This document shows, piece by piece, positions 26,101 through 37,575 of a stretch of 64,000 nt of DNA. The translations under genes and the position numbers were made by a program. The stretch is taken from contig CM119263.1 of the NCBI GenBank assembly GCA_051294375.1, positions 6,549,645-6,613,644 of the forward strand, in the 5' to 3' direction. The DNA comes from Paraspadella gotoi (taxonomy: Eukaryota > Animalia > Chaetognatha). The stretch's first letter is position 1, and each line of letters starts with the position of its first letter. The notes beneath the pieces were generated by a model. That model was not told where the DNA came from and ran no database searches. It worked only from the letters and a program-made list of their open reading frames with translations.

Positions 26101-26217
26101 ATTCCCCTTAGACTCAGCCTCCAGCGCCTTCTCCACTGAAACAGAGGGCGCCGAGTCGTTGACGAAGGAGACGGCCGACGCCTGCGCCTTGGAGTCCCCT
26201 TGCTGTGAGTCGTCCAT
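23115..26217 (-). CDS. SLC6 sodium:neurotransmitter symporter (GABA/taurine/creatine-like), partial: first 4 coding exons (~209 aa)
   Basis: Exons 26217-26101, 24546-24405, 24168-24037 and 23352-23115 splice in frame (phases 0, 1, 1, then a phase-2 donor). They give [43 protein letters not shown]...GIPMFFLE...GQF...YYNVILAW...[12 protein letters not shown]...TEYWE, the SLC6 TM1-TM3/EL2 signature. Confidence 0.93.
25577..25645 (-). CDS. Candidate alternative first coding exon of the SLC6 gene
   Basis: ATG at 25645 gives [23 protein letters not shown] followed by a phase-0 GT donor (GCG|gtagtc), compatible with the phase-0 acceptor at 24546. It is a GC-rich island inside an AT-rich intron. Confidence 0.45.
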
Positions 26218-27610
26218 CCTCGCTCAGTCTATTTTTTTTTTCACCAAAGAAAATCACAAAAATAATTTCACCAAATGTCGTCGGGGACTAGGAAAAAAAA
26301 TAGGGGAATAAGTTTTTGGTTTTTTGTTTTTTTGTTTTTTGGTTCGCGTTTGTCTGGCGACGTCGGTCGGCCGGGCAGCGGCGTCGTTCGGCGTTGGTCG
26401 GTCGGTCGGCCTCGTCGGCGTCGGACAACGTCTCCACAAAATCCCAGCCTCTTTGTGACGCCCGGATGCCTTCAAGGTTGGCCGACCCCGTGGTGACCGT
26501 CTGGACTCCCGTCTTCGAAAAGAGAGAGAGGCTCGACTCGGATAGAGAGAGAAAAAAAAATATCGTCTCGCGCGCTCGCTCGCTCTCTCTCTTTGGTTTT
26601 TTTTTTTTTCCTCTCGGATCTCTCGCTCTCTCTTTCTGGTCGACGTCTAAGCGGTCGGTGATTTGGGACGGCGACGACGATGACGACGACGACCGAGAGG
26701 ATGACGACGAAAGATTGGAGATTTTTTTTTTTTCGTCGTAGATCCAGAGTCTCGCGGTTTGGAGAGACGCTGTCTTCTGGCGAAAACGGAGGGAAATTAT
26801 TGTATTATCTTATAAATAATAAATACGTATTCCAGGAGCGCCACCGAAACTGACACCCGAAAAGTTTTATAGCTATGGAACAACTTCGAATAAAAATTTC
26901 ATTAATGTCGCAATAAAGTAAAAAAAAAAAAACCAGTTAGTTTTTATGGGTAGCATCATTCCATGGCTACTGGCTAGGTCAAAGCCAATGTACAGGTCGC
27001 TTTTTCAAGTTTAGGATCGGACAAAGAGTATATATTCATAGACAGTTTCTCTGGCTCTCCTGGTAGATAAATATTGTAGATAAATAAAAATGCAAACAAA
27101 AATGATGAACGTCCCCCCCCTTAAAAAAAATCGTCAACTGCGACGAAGCGAACGAAAAAAAGAGTAAAGGATTGTGAAAAGGAGAAAGATGGAAAAAAGT
27201 GAAAAGGAACGAAGGTGACAAATGGCGAAAAAGAACGCGAAGGTGATCGAATAAATGCGCGAGTGAATGAGTCGAAGATATGTGAGTTCGGGGAGAGAAA
27301 GAATTAGTATCGACACATCGAGATATCGTTGCACACGGATCAAAAACAAGGAGGAGAAGATTATGAAGAGGAAGGGAAAAAAGACAGAAAAAAAAATCAA
27401 AGAGATGGATGACTTGACTTTTCCCTTGGTAATAATGTAAAGGAATAACATTCCTTTAGCGGGAATGGTTGAAGAATTAAATCATTTTTTGAACAGAGTG
27501 CATCTAGAGAGAAAAGGATAGAGAATTGAATTGAACAGTACATGTCCCTGGACAGCAACAAGTACGTCTAAGGGGTCTTTTGTTTTTAATTTTAATATAA
27601 GCGAGCGTAA

Positions 27611-27650
<40 letters not shown>

Positions 27651-28417
27651 GCAGACCAAAAAGCAAGGACACTCGGTGAAAAAAGCGGAAGGGATTATTG
27701 TCAATGTTAATTTATAATGTAATTTATAAAGAGTTTTGCACGATCCGGGCGGGAGAAGGCAGAAGACCGGCCAATCTGTTGGCCAGTCCCACCACGCCCC
27801 TTCCTCCATTCCCCCCTCTCTCCCCCTCTTATTCCTTCCTTCTTAAAGTTTTATCGTCTACCACCTGAACGACAGTCGATATAGTAGAGACTAGAGTGTG
27901 AAGTATTCCCTAGTGGTGCCTTTAAAGCGCAACCCGACTGAGCTCATCCCCTTATTTTCACTTTTTTCCCCCCAATCTGCTCATCTCATGTGAAATCCTC
28001 ATCCGTCATACCAGAATCTATCCCCGTTGTGAGTTTGTGACATCTGTCACTAAAATCCCTCGGATTCCAATTATGGTAGTGATTCTAACTTCTGGTAGTC
28101 ATCACTGGGATTAAAAGGGAAGTCGCGAAGACACGATCCGATGATAGATTGAGAATGATATATCGTAGCGCCAATGAAGCGTGATGGATCAGATTTATAT
28201 CATTTTTTAATTGTAGTATTGTCTCAATTATTCTAAATTGATTTGTTGATAACGGTAACTGGTCGTTGAGGATAGGGGCCATAGAATATTGAGTTTGAGT
28301 TAATACGATAGTACTTATTTTTAGAAATGGAATATATTAATAACTAGTAAGGTTTTATGAAATATGAGTTTACGTGAACTCGAAAACTTTAAACACGAAC
28401 TTCGGGTCAGTCAGATA

Positions 28418-28418
<1 letters not shown>

Positions 28419-28511
<93 letters not shown>

Positions 28512-28590
28512 AAGTAGAAAAAGAACTTCTTCAATGGTCGATAATCAAATCGAAGTCGGCATCACGACTCAACGACCACATTATTCCTTT

Positions 28591-28683
<93 letters not shown>

Positions 28684-28795
28684 CTCATTCGTTTATCTCT
28701 TTCGTTTTTCCTTGCCAATTTCCCGGCTTTTTCTCGGCCCAAAACGGACGGACGTGTTTTATCTAATGAAGGAGCCGGAAATAGGGTGACTCACC

Positions 28796-28874
<79 letters not shown>

Positions 28875-28885
28875 AAGAGAGAGAG
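28419..28885. repeat. Cluster of long (GA)n/(TC)n microsatellites
   Basis: (GA)n at ~28419-28510, (TC)n at ~28597-28680 and (GA)n at ~28797-28885. Similar tracts occur at ~22935, ~29727, ~32313, ~40770 and ~44380. Confidence 0.95.
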
Positions 28886-29467
28886 GGCGATGCCCACTGT
28901 CCAGTCCTAAAGAAAGCCCCCCAACGAGTTGGAACGATTCGGCATATCTGTTTACAATCGAAAAAAAGTTTTAAGAGAGAAAAAAAAGGAAGCGGATTTC
29001 ATTTTCACAAATTATTCTCTCCTTTCTTTTTTGCTTTCGCTTTTCCTCTATATATCCTTTCTTTCACTTTCTCTCTCTCTTTCTCTCTTTTACTCTCACT
29101 CTCTCTATCTCTCTTTCTCTCTCCCTCTCTTTCTCTCTTCGCTAATCAGTCTCTTTCACGTTTTCCACGCCTACAAGATTTTCAATTACGAGGCGTCTTC
29201 ATAATTTTACTTTTTGATTGGCCTTTCCCAATCACGAATCTCTTCCAGTTGACTTTCTGATTGGCAAAAATTAACGGAATTTTTCCTAATGAGAGAGAAA
29301 AGTTTTTTTTTAAAAATGGAGAGGGCGTTGCGGTGAAAGGCACTCTCATCCGCGGAACCAATCAGCGGCTGCAACCTCAACAATCAATCACCGCTCCTTA
29401 ATCACTAATTGTACTGGAAGTTATGCTGGAAATTAAGAAATAAACTATAAACAAAACTTGTACTTTA

Positions 29468-29499
29468 TTAGATAGATAGATTAGATAAATAGATCCGAT

Positions 29500-29540
<41 letters not shown>
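29468..29540. repeat. (GATA)n microsatellite
   Basis: Direct tetranucleotide run; another occurs at ~63920-64000. Confidence 0.9.
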
Positions 29541-29542
<2 letters not shown>

Positions 29543-29721
29543 AAAAATAGAAAGATTAGAATATGAAATGAAGCAACTAGTTGTTAAAACATTTTCGATA
29601 ACCCGTGCTTCTTCTCTCTCTCTCTCCCCTCCTGCCATTTTTCTCCCCGCATTTGACTTTCGACGAAACTCTTTCATAACATCCGCTTTGCTTCCACATT
29701 CCACTATGACTTTCCTTTTCC

Positions 29722-29817
<96 letters not shown>

Positions 29818-31145
29818 GATCGGAGTTTGTCTCTTTAACTTTCTGGCTTTTTTACTCTTTCGCTTTCAGCTCTTTGTTACGAGAAATACGACGACGACGA
29901 ATACGACGAGAGCTGTTACGACTAATGGTGCCATTGGAGGTGTCGGCGGCGTCGGCGGCGGCTGCGTCGGCAGCGTCGGCGGCGTCGATGACGAAATAGA
30001 GGGCGCGCCGGCGTTGAAAAGTGGGAAAAGTCGAAAACAAATGCGTGAATTTTTTTTCTATTTAAAGTTTTAAACAAAAAAAAAAAAAAAACATTTTGAA
30101 AAAAGGAAAAAAAGAGGTAAGTCGCTTGGAGGTGAGTCGAGCGCGGATGTGAGTCTTAGTGAGAGAACTGAAACTGATGAGAATTAAAGGTGAGGACTGA
30201 GGAGAGTGAGGTCGAGGCATGCTGCGGAAAGGTGAGGACAGAACCGCAAGAGCAGTAGCCTTGAGCATTGAGAAATGAGCAAGCTTTGTAAACAATGTTT
30301 ACTAAACAATGTTAACTAAACACCCAAGACAAAAACGATACGTTGTTCACATTAAATATAGAATAAAATAAACTGAAGAACTAAACGCGAAAGAATTTTT
30401 GTCAAAAAAGATGAGATTCGGTGCAAAGATCTGAATCTCCGTGAGGTCAACGCGTCAACAGGTTTCAAATCTTGGCGCCTCAATGGGTGGAATCGGGTTT
30501 GATGCCAGCCTAACCCAGCATTCGTGATACTTTGACGACAACGACGACGACAACGATAACAAAAGGCGAATTGCGGTTAAAGCTTAAAGATAAATGATGC
30601 GTGTCTGTTTCTTGCGTCTGATGACCATTTTGAACTCTCTTTTTGTGTTTTGTTTCGGGGGGTTTTTTTTTCGATTTAGTTAAACCCGTTTTGTGAAATC
30701 AGTCAAATTGAATCCAAGTTTTTGGATTAGGTTCAGTGTTTTTTAAACTAGATCAACGTTTCGCATGATTCGTTCTTGTTTCATTAAACTAGATCTCTGT
30801 TTTGCGTTTCTTCTTTCTGTTTCCACGTACCTAACCCGTGATTCCTGATCCGTGATTTCAGATAAAAGTGAAGGAGCTACTCGTGAAAATACGGTCGCGT
30901 TGGTTTAGTGAAAATGACCGTTATAATAAAAAAAAAACGGATGCAACTACTTCCGTATCAAAATCTTTTTCTTACCATGAGTTTATTAAAGCAATGCCAA
31001 TAGCAAAAATAGGCATATGAAAAAAAAATAGTAAACGAAAATGATCAAAAGATCATGGTCAGAGAACCAACAATATCAAACACTTAATGATACGATTAAA
31101 TCCAGAGCTATGATACAGATTTAAGAAGGTCATCGTTAAAGCGAA

Positions 31146-31511
31146 GAAAGAGCGATCATGAAAATTGTGTTGACGGAAAGAGCGATCACGGAAAGAGCGA
31201 TCAAGAAAATTGCGATAATGGAAAGTGCGATCATCGTAAGAGCGATCACGGAAAGAGCGATCAAAAAAATATTGAACACAGAAAGACCTATCATCATACT
31301 AAGAGTGATCAAGAAAAGAGCGATAATGGAAAGTGCGATCATCGTAAGAGCGATTACGGAAAGAGCGATCAAAAAAATATCGAACACAGAAAGACCTATC
31401 ATCATACTAAGACCGATCAAGAAAAGAGCGATAATGGAAAGTGCGATCATTGTAAGAGTGATCATGGAAAGTGCGATCATCGTAAGAGCGATCATGGAAA
31501 GAGCGATCACG
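31146..31511 (+). repeat. 15-bp minisatellite (consensus GAAAGAGCGATCAYG, ~24 units) with a 108-bp higher-order duplication
   Basis: Units can be read directly; two units are 18 bp, so all length variation is a multiple of 3. Three reading frames are open across the array. Confidence 0.9.
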
Positions 31512-32310
31512 TTTATGAGGCGACATCGTCTCCGTTTTATCCACATCGTTTCGTCTTTCGGGTTTCGAAAAAATTAATCCTTCGAAGATGAAGTCGTTTA
31601 TCCGTCGGAAAAAAGGATTTTTGAGCAGAAGAAAAAAAGGAAAAAAAGGAAAAATTAGAAAAAGAAAATTGTGGAGCAAAAACGAAGACGAAACAAAAAG
31701 TAAAAGAGGGCGAGAGAAAGAGAGAAAAAAAAGGGAAAAGGAGAAGGAACTAAAAGAAGAAAAAAAAATCGATAGAATATCAAGGTGAAGATAATGAAAA
31801 ATCTGGGAAACTTCATTGTTGAAGAATTGAATAAAAAAGAGAAGGGAAAATTAAATAGACTGAACAGCGTAATTTGGCATTCGAGGAGAACATATATTTT
31901 AAAAAATGTTAACAAAGAGAAAAAAAAATCCGAGGACCAAAAAAAAAAATAGAAAAAGAAAAAGAAAAAGGAAGTTCTTCCGGAGACAAAGACGAGAAAC
32001 GCAAATCCAACGCCTCTTTTGAGAATCTCACGTCGTGACGTCGCCGGGCGGGGGAACGCGAAAATCCGAAACTCTTTGTTGAGAATTGAACGCGTTGACT
32101 TGGAGACGGGCTCTCTTCCTATTGGTCCGGCCGACAGACGACGACGGCGATAAAGGCGCGGGAGGCGTCGACGTCGATTTCCGGTCGGTTCGTTTCATAG
32201 GCGTTCGTTCGTTAGTGCGTTCGTTCGTTCGTTGTCGTCGTTTGTCTCTTCGGGCGATTGTGGTTGTCATGACGACGGACGGCGTGAAAGTGGCGCTCGC
32301 GGGCCTCGCG

Positions 32311-32372
<62 letters not shown>

Positions 32373-32834
32373 GACCTCCTCGCGCTCGAGCGCCATACCC
32401 AACACGCGCGCGCCGTGTGCACCATGACTCTCGATTAAAGAATAAGCAGCTCTGACGTCGCGCGGCGGAGGTCGAGCGGAGCGCCGGGGATGAGGGAGTC
32501 GAGAAATGGGGTGACGTCATGGGATGTGATTCTTAATCGTCGTAAAAGTAAGGATCGAAAGGAGAGGAACGAAGGACGTACGTATGTACGGACTGAGGGA
32601 AAAATATTTACGAACGTAGAGTCTAGAAACGTAGAGACGCCGGGTCGGAGAAGAGAACGTCATCATCAATTATTAAATTTGATGGGGACGGATTTTTTTA
32701 TTTTTTTTTCGGTAGTTTTCAAGAATCAGATGTTCCGCTCATTAAAAAGCGAGAAAACGAAAGACAAATACGTGTGAATCGTTAAATTATCCTGTTCGAA
32801 CCCGACATAAGAAAATTAAATAGAGAGAGATTTA

Positions 32835-33720
32835 CAGGGGTGGGACCCTATATCGAGACAAAACTTAACGTCCTGCCCCGTCAGAACGATTTGATACACA
32901 ATAATACAATGAGTGGCAACAATTTTGGGGGGCTTTTTACTTTTATATACATTGAAAACAACAACATTGAAAACAACAAAACAACAATTTTGGGGGGCTT
33001 TTTACTTTTATATACATTGAAAACAAATTTTTTTTAAGCAACTACAAGGCGTTGTGGATGTTTACAAAACGTTTTTATGCTCGCGCATTGTATTGCAAAC
33101 GATAAAAACCATACTTGTTAATATTTTTCAGTGATCGTTTCTGAACATGACAGTGTTATGTCTTATCTTCAATTCACCTGATTTTAAGCTTTTTATCGCT
33201 ATCCAAATTAAACCTATTTAATTTTTTTTTTCAGGTAAGTAAAACAAAATTTTAGGAAGATTATAACGAATATGCTTAAATGGTCAAATACTTTATGTAT
33301 TTCTTACCTTTTTGACGCTTTTATTATGCGTTAAGAAATCTTACATGATAAATTTAATCGTCTGACAAAAATTAAACCATAACAGTAACTTATCCCCAGC
33401 TTACCTGCTTACTTTAAAATTTTTTAACCAAAATACCATGTACACCTTGCCAGAAGCATTATTATACTACAAATAAGTACTTCCAAAAATATTTTTAACT
33501 TTTATGTATTAGAATGAGATTTAACAATAAATATTCAAACATTCTTCTTCCAAATCGCGCGAAAAACAAGCATAATATCAAAGAATTTCAAAACAATTAA
33601 TATATCGTCTAAAAGCTAAGAGAGAGTACTATACGAATATTTATTCAGATTTTAAAAATCATTAAGAGCTTTAGAGTAATGATTTTTTAAATTTTGTCTC
33701 GATATAGGGTCCCACCCCTG
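32835..33720. mobile_element. Non-autonomous Tc1/mariner-type DNA transposon (MITE), 886 bp
   Basis: Perfect 29-bp TIR CAGGGGTGGGACCCTATATCGAGACAAAA at 32835-32863 with its reverse complement at 33692-33720, TA on both sides, and an AT-rich interior with no transposase ORF. Confidence 0.9.
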
Positions 33721-36700
33721 TATACTGGTACAGTAGTCGTCATGCAAAGACATTACATCCGGGGAAGGGAACGAAAGAGAAAGATTGAAAAGTTTGAAAA
33801 AGGTTTTTAGATATTCTCGCATTGTTTCTTTCTATTGGTTGCGTGTGAGTGAGAAAATGAAAATAAAGTTTATAATTGTGTGCCAACAATGACAAAAAAA
33901 GTGTTTTAACATCAAAAACAGACAATACAAAATAGTCAATTTAATTTTTTTAAAAAGGAAACGTAGGGTTGCGGCAAAAATTTGTATATATATAATAAGA
34001 ATAAGAATAAAAATATATATTATATATTCTTATGTCATTTTTGGTACTTGCGAGAACATATTCATTTGCATAATACTTAAGTCGAGCCATGTAGATATAT
34101 TTGAATTTAAAATTAAAGTAAAGTTTTTCTAAAATTTTCAAAAAATAAAATCTCTTAATTTTTGTGTAAAAGAAAGAATACCTCCTGGGAGAACGACAGA
34201 GCGAAAGGAAAATAGAAAGGTATAAAAAGAAATAACGCTGATCGCACGTTCTCTTTACCTCTCTCTTTACCTCTCTCTTTACCTCTCTCTTTACTTCTTC
34301 GTTTTTTTCAGATTGAATGGAAAGCTTGACTCTCTTAGGTTGTTCACGCCAACGTATGTGTATACAATTTAAGGAAAGGAGTGTTTGATCTAAAACAATA
34401 TTATGCTGGCATTTCGATATAACCTTACTAATGTCATTAGTTGGTACATTTTAAATTTGACAAAAGGGCACTAAGGATAAAGCTAAAGTCAAAATATCCG
34501 TCGACGGAAGTCTCTAGTAAGTAAATTATCATTAACGCAAGTATCAACAAAATTAATAAAAAAATAGAGTGGTTATTTCAGCATTCTTTTTTTTTATTTA
34601 ATGATTTATAAAAGAAAAATGAAAAAAAAAGCGAGATGCCGATTTGTTTGCGGAGGAAAGTTGCTGTTTTTGTTTCTTGGTCGTCGTCATGATCGTCGTC
34701 GTCGTCGTCGTCGTCTTTCCTCGAAACTGAGGTTTCCGCGCGAATCGTCAGGTCACGTGACCAACTCCTTTCCGCGTCCACGGGGGGGGGGGGAGGACGA
34801 GTGAGTGAGCGAGGGTTTGATGAGGGAGGGGTGATAGGATTGGGTGAGAGATAGCCGAAGGAGATTCGGTGAACTGAGGTGAGGACTGTGAAGGTTTTAC
34901 GAGCGAGAGTCAGTGGTCTGTCATGTGAAGAATGCAGGAAATGCGTTAAAAACTGAGAAAGTTTGACGATAGATTCAGTGAGTCGAGCGGGAAAATGAGG
35001 TTTGGTCTTTAATTTTTTTCCGACTCGAAACAGAAAGAAAAAAAATATCTGGGGGAAATAGGAAAAAAAAAAAAAAAAGCTGATTGATCGACGACGAAGA
35101 TTTTGTTACTCATTTTCTATTTTAAGATAAACAAATGACCATTTTGTAAAAAAAAAATTACTTTTTTTCCTTTTTTTGATTGATTGATAAAAGTTTCTTG
35201 TCTTAAATAGTTCGTTCTCTTTTTTTTCACTTTCTCTCTCTTTACTTTTGCTTTACTTTCTTCAATTCTCAGTCTTCTCTCTCTCTCTCTCTTTCCCTCT
35301 CTCTCTCTCTATCTCTCTCTCTCTCTCTTTCCCTCTCTCTCTCTCTCCCTCTCTTTTAATACCAACAACAACAACGACGACGAAAAAACCCTTCACCTNN
35401 NNNNNNNNAGAGAGAGAGAGAGAGAGAGAGAGTTCCACATACGCTCTATTTTTTCAAGAATTCCAGACGATGCAAAACTTGATGGATTTGACAGCAAAAG
35501 CGTTTGATATACTGCGTCCTCTAAACTGCAAAACTCGTGAAGTAAATAAACGTTGACAGTCACGTCGGTGTAAAGTCTCACTAGTGACATCCTGATAACA
35601 GAGTCTCACATTCACATTTTAATCGAACGAGTTAAAATAACAAGGGATTAAAAACTTCAGAAATAAAAAAATAAAATAAAATGATGGTTAATAAATATAT
35701 GAAATTTCTTATTTTAAGGTTTTTCTTTTAACGGTCTCTCTGTTTTTCTTCGGTTCAGCCGCTCGGAAAATGATCTACTTAAAAATAATGAAAAATAAAC
35801 AGCGTCGCGCCTCGTTCTGAAATTCCAGCGGAAAAAACCAGTAATGAAAACATTTCTCGACTGTCGCCAATGGAATCGATATTTCTTTTAAAAGCCCCTG
35901 AGACAAAATTTGAACATAAAAAGATGATCATTTCGTGAGAAGGGATAAACATTAAAACAGATCCAAAGGCGACGAGCAAAAACATCATCAATGTTTCTCC
36001 TTAACACACACACAAATTAAAACTAATGCTAATGTTCTACTTGAACCAACATCACTAAATTTATACTAATTACCAATAGTACTAACGAAACATCCAATTG
36101 CTTCCTTTTCTTTCGAAAATATAATCAGATTTCTAAGTAGCTAAGTCAATTCGATTGTAATAAAATACAATTAATCAATCAAACAACTCGCTGCCTCAAA
36201 GCTTCGTAAAAGCATCACAATTATCTGGAGAAATGAATTTTATTTATTTGGCAAGAAACAATTTCGTCACAACGCGATTCAAAAAAAGCGCACGATGGAA
36301 TAAACAAATCACGTGGCTCCGATAGTATTTCATGACCAAATTATCTGACAATAAAAAAAATCAGGGCAAAAGATTTGCAATCACGTCTATCATGGGCCTC
36401 CTTTCAAAAAGAATATTTTAAAAAGAGCGACGCTTAATCAGGGGGCGCGAGAAAACATAATAAATATTATATGTACATAAAACGTTTATCGAGATGTTGA
36501 TGAAATCGTTTTGCTATATTTAAACTAACGCTAAGCAAAGCCGATGAAAGTTACATTTTGTGTCTTGTTTAAAAATACGACTCATTAGAGGTATTAATTG
36601 CACGTAAATTACGGTTTACAAAGATAAAAAGTATTATAAATAAATATTGTTGCGATCCAAGAAAAAAAAATTGAAATGGGCTTTTTGACTCATAACAACC

Positions 36701-37575
36701 CTAATGTACCCTCGGGGGCGTGGAATTAGGGTGGTAAGATGTCAAAAAGCGATCGAAGATCTTTTGTTTCGTAGTCCGTTTGGCCAATGGGGGATAAGAT
36801 TCGCCTAAGTTCCTATTGGTCGCATCACAAAGAGATTCTCTAATAGGAGCAGGTCGAACTTTCGACGATCACTGGACACGTCGGCCGGCAATTGTGAAAA
36901 TTGCAAGACCCGTTCTCTGAAAAGTAAACAACGCATTGGCTAGAAATTATTATATCTTAGTTAACAAGATCGAGGTGGGAAAAGAGTTCTTTTATAATTT
37001 AGCTCAATTTTTTAAGATTTATCAGACGAAAAGGACTCCCGTTGATGAATGAAAACGAACCGAAGAGAATTTAAAAAAAAAAAAAAAAACTAACTTGAGA
37101 AATTAAATCCGAAAGTAAAACAAAAGATTTTCTTATCTCGAGGTCACGTGATATTTTGTCCCGCGGCGATTCAGTGATCCTTCACCGAGACCCAGGCTGT
37201 CGCGTCTCGAAACGACTGTTTCTTTTTGGAGTCCAAATTGGAAAGCTTTTGTTTTTCTCCGCTTGTTCTTCCTCAGAGTGGGATCGTCAACCCTCGTGAC
37301 TTTACAGTCGCTCTGTGTCTAAATAGGATAGGATTTATCCTCGTTCGACAATTCGAATCCCGAACGCGATCGATACCCCAAAAAAATTTAATGTTTGTCC
37401 CGATTAAAACTTGCGGATCGAGTATCGACCGGATCGACCGGGTTCAGTTTCATTCCTCCTCTCGTATCAAAACTGAGAAACGAGATTTTCAGTCTTCCTG
37501 TCAACGATACAAAGTAATTAGCTAAATCTTTAATAAAAAACTTTTTAAAAAATCAATAAAACTAAAATTAAAACA

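Noticed and set aside
28364-29999. ORFs with (ER)n and (SL)n runs
   Set aside because: These are translations of GA/TC microsatellites; the same applies to similar ORFs across the window.
31136-31546. Hydrophobic IALSM-repeat ORF resembling a multi-pass membrane protein; CRISPR-like periodicity
   Set aside because: It is the antisense reading of the 15-bp minisatellite. There are no unique spacers or cas genes, and the context is eukaryotic.
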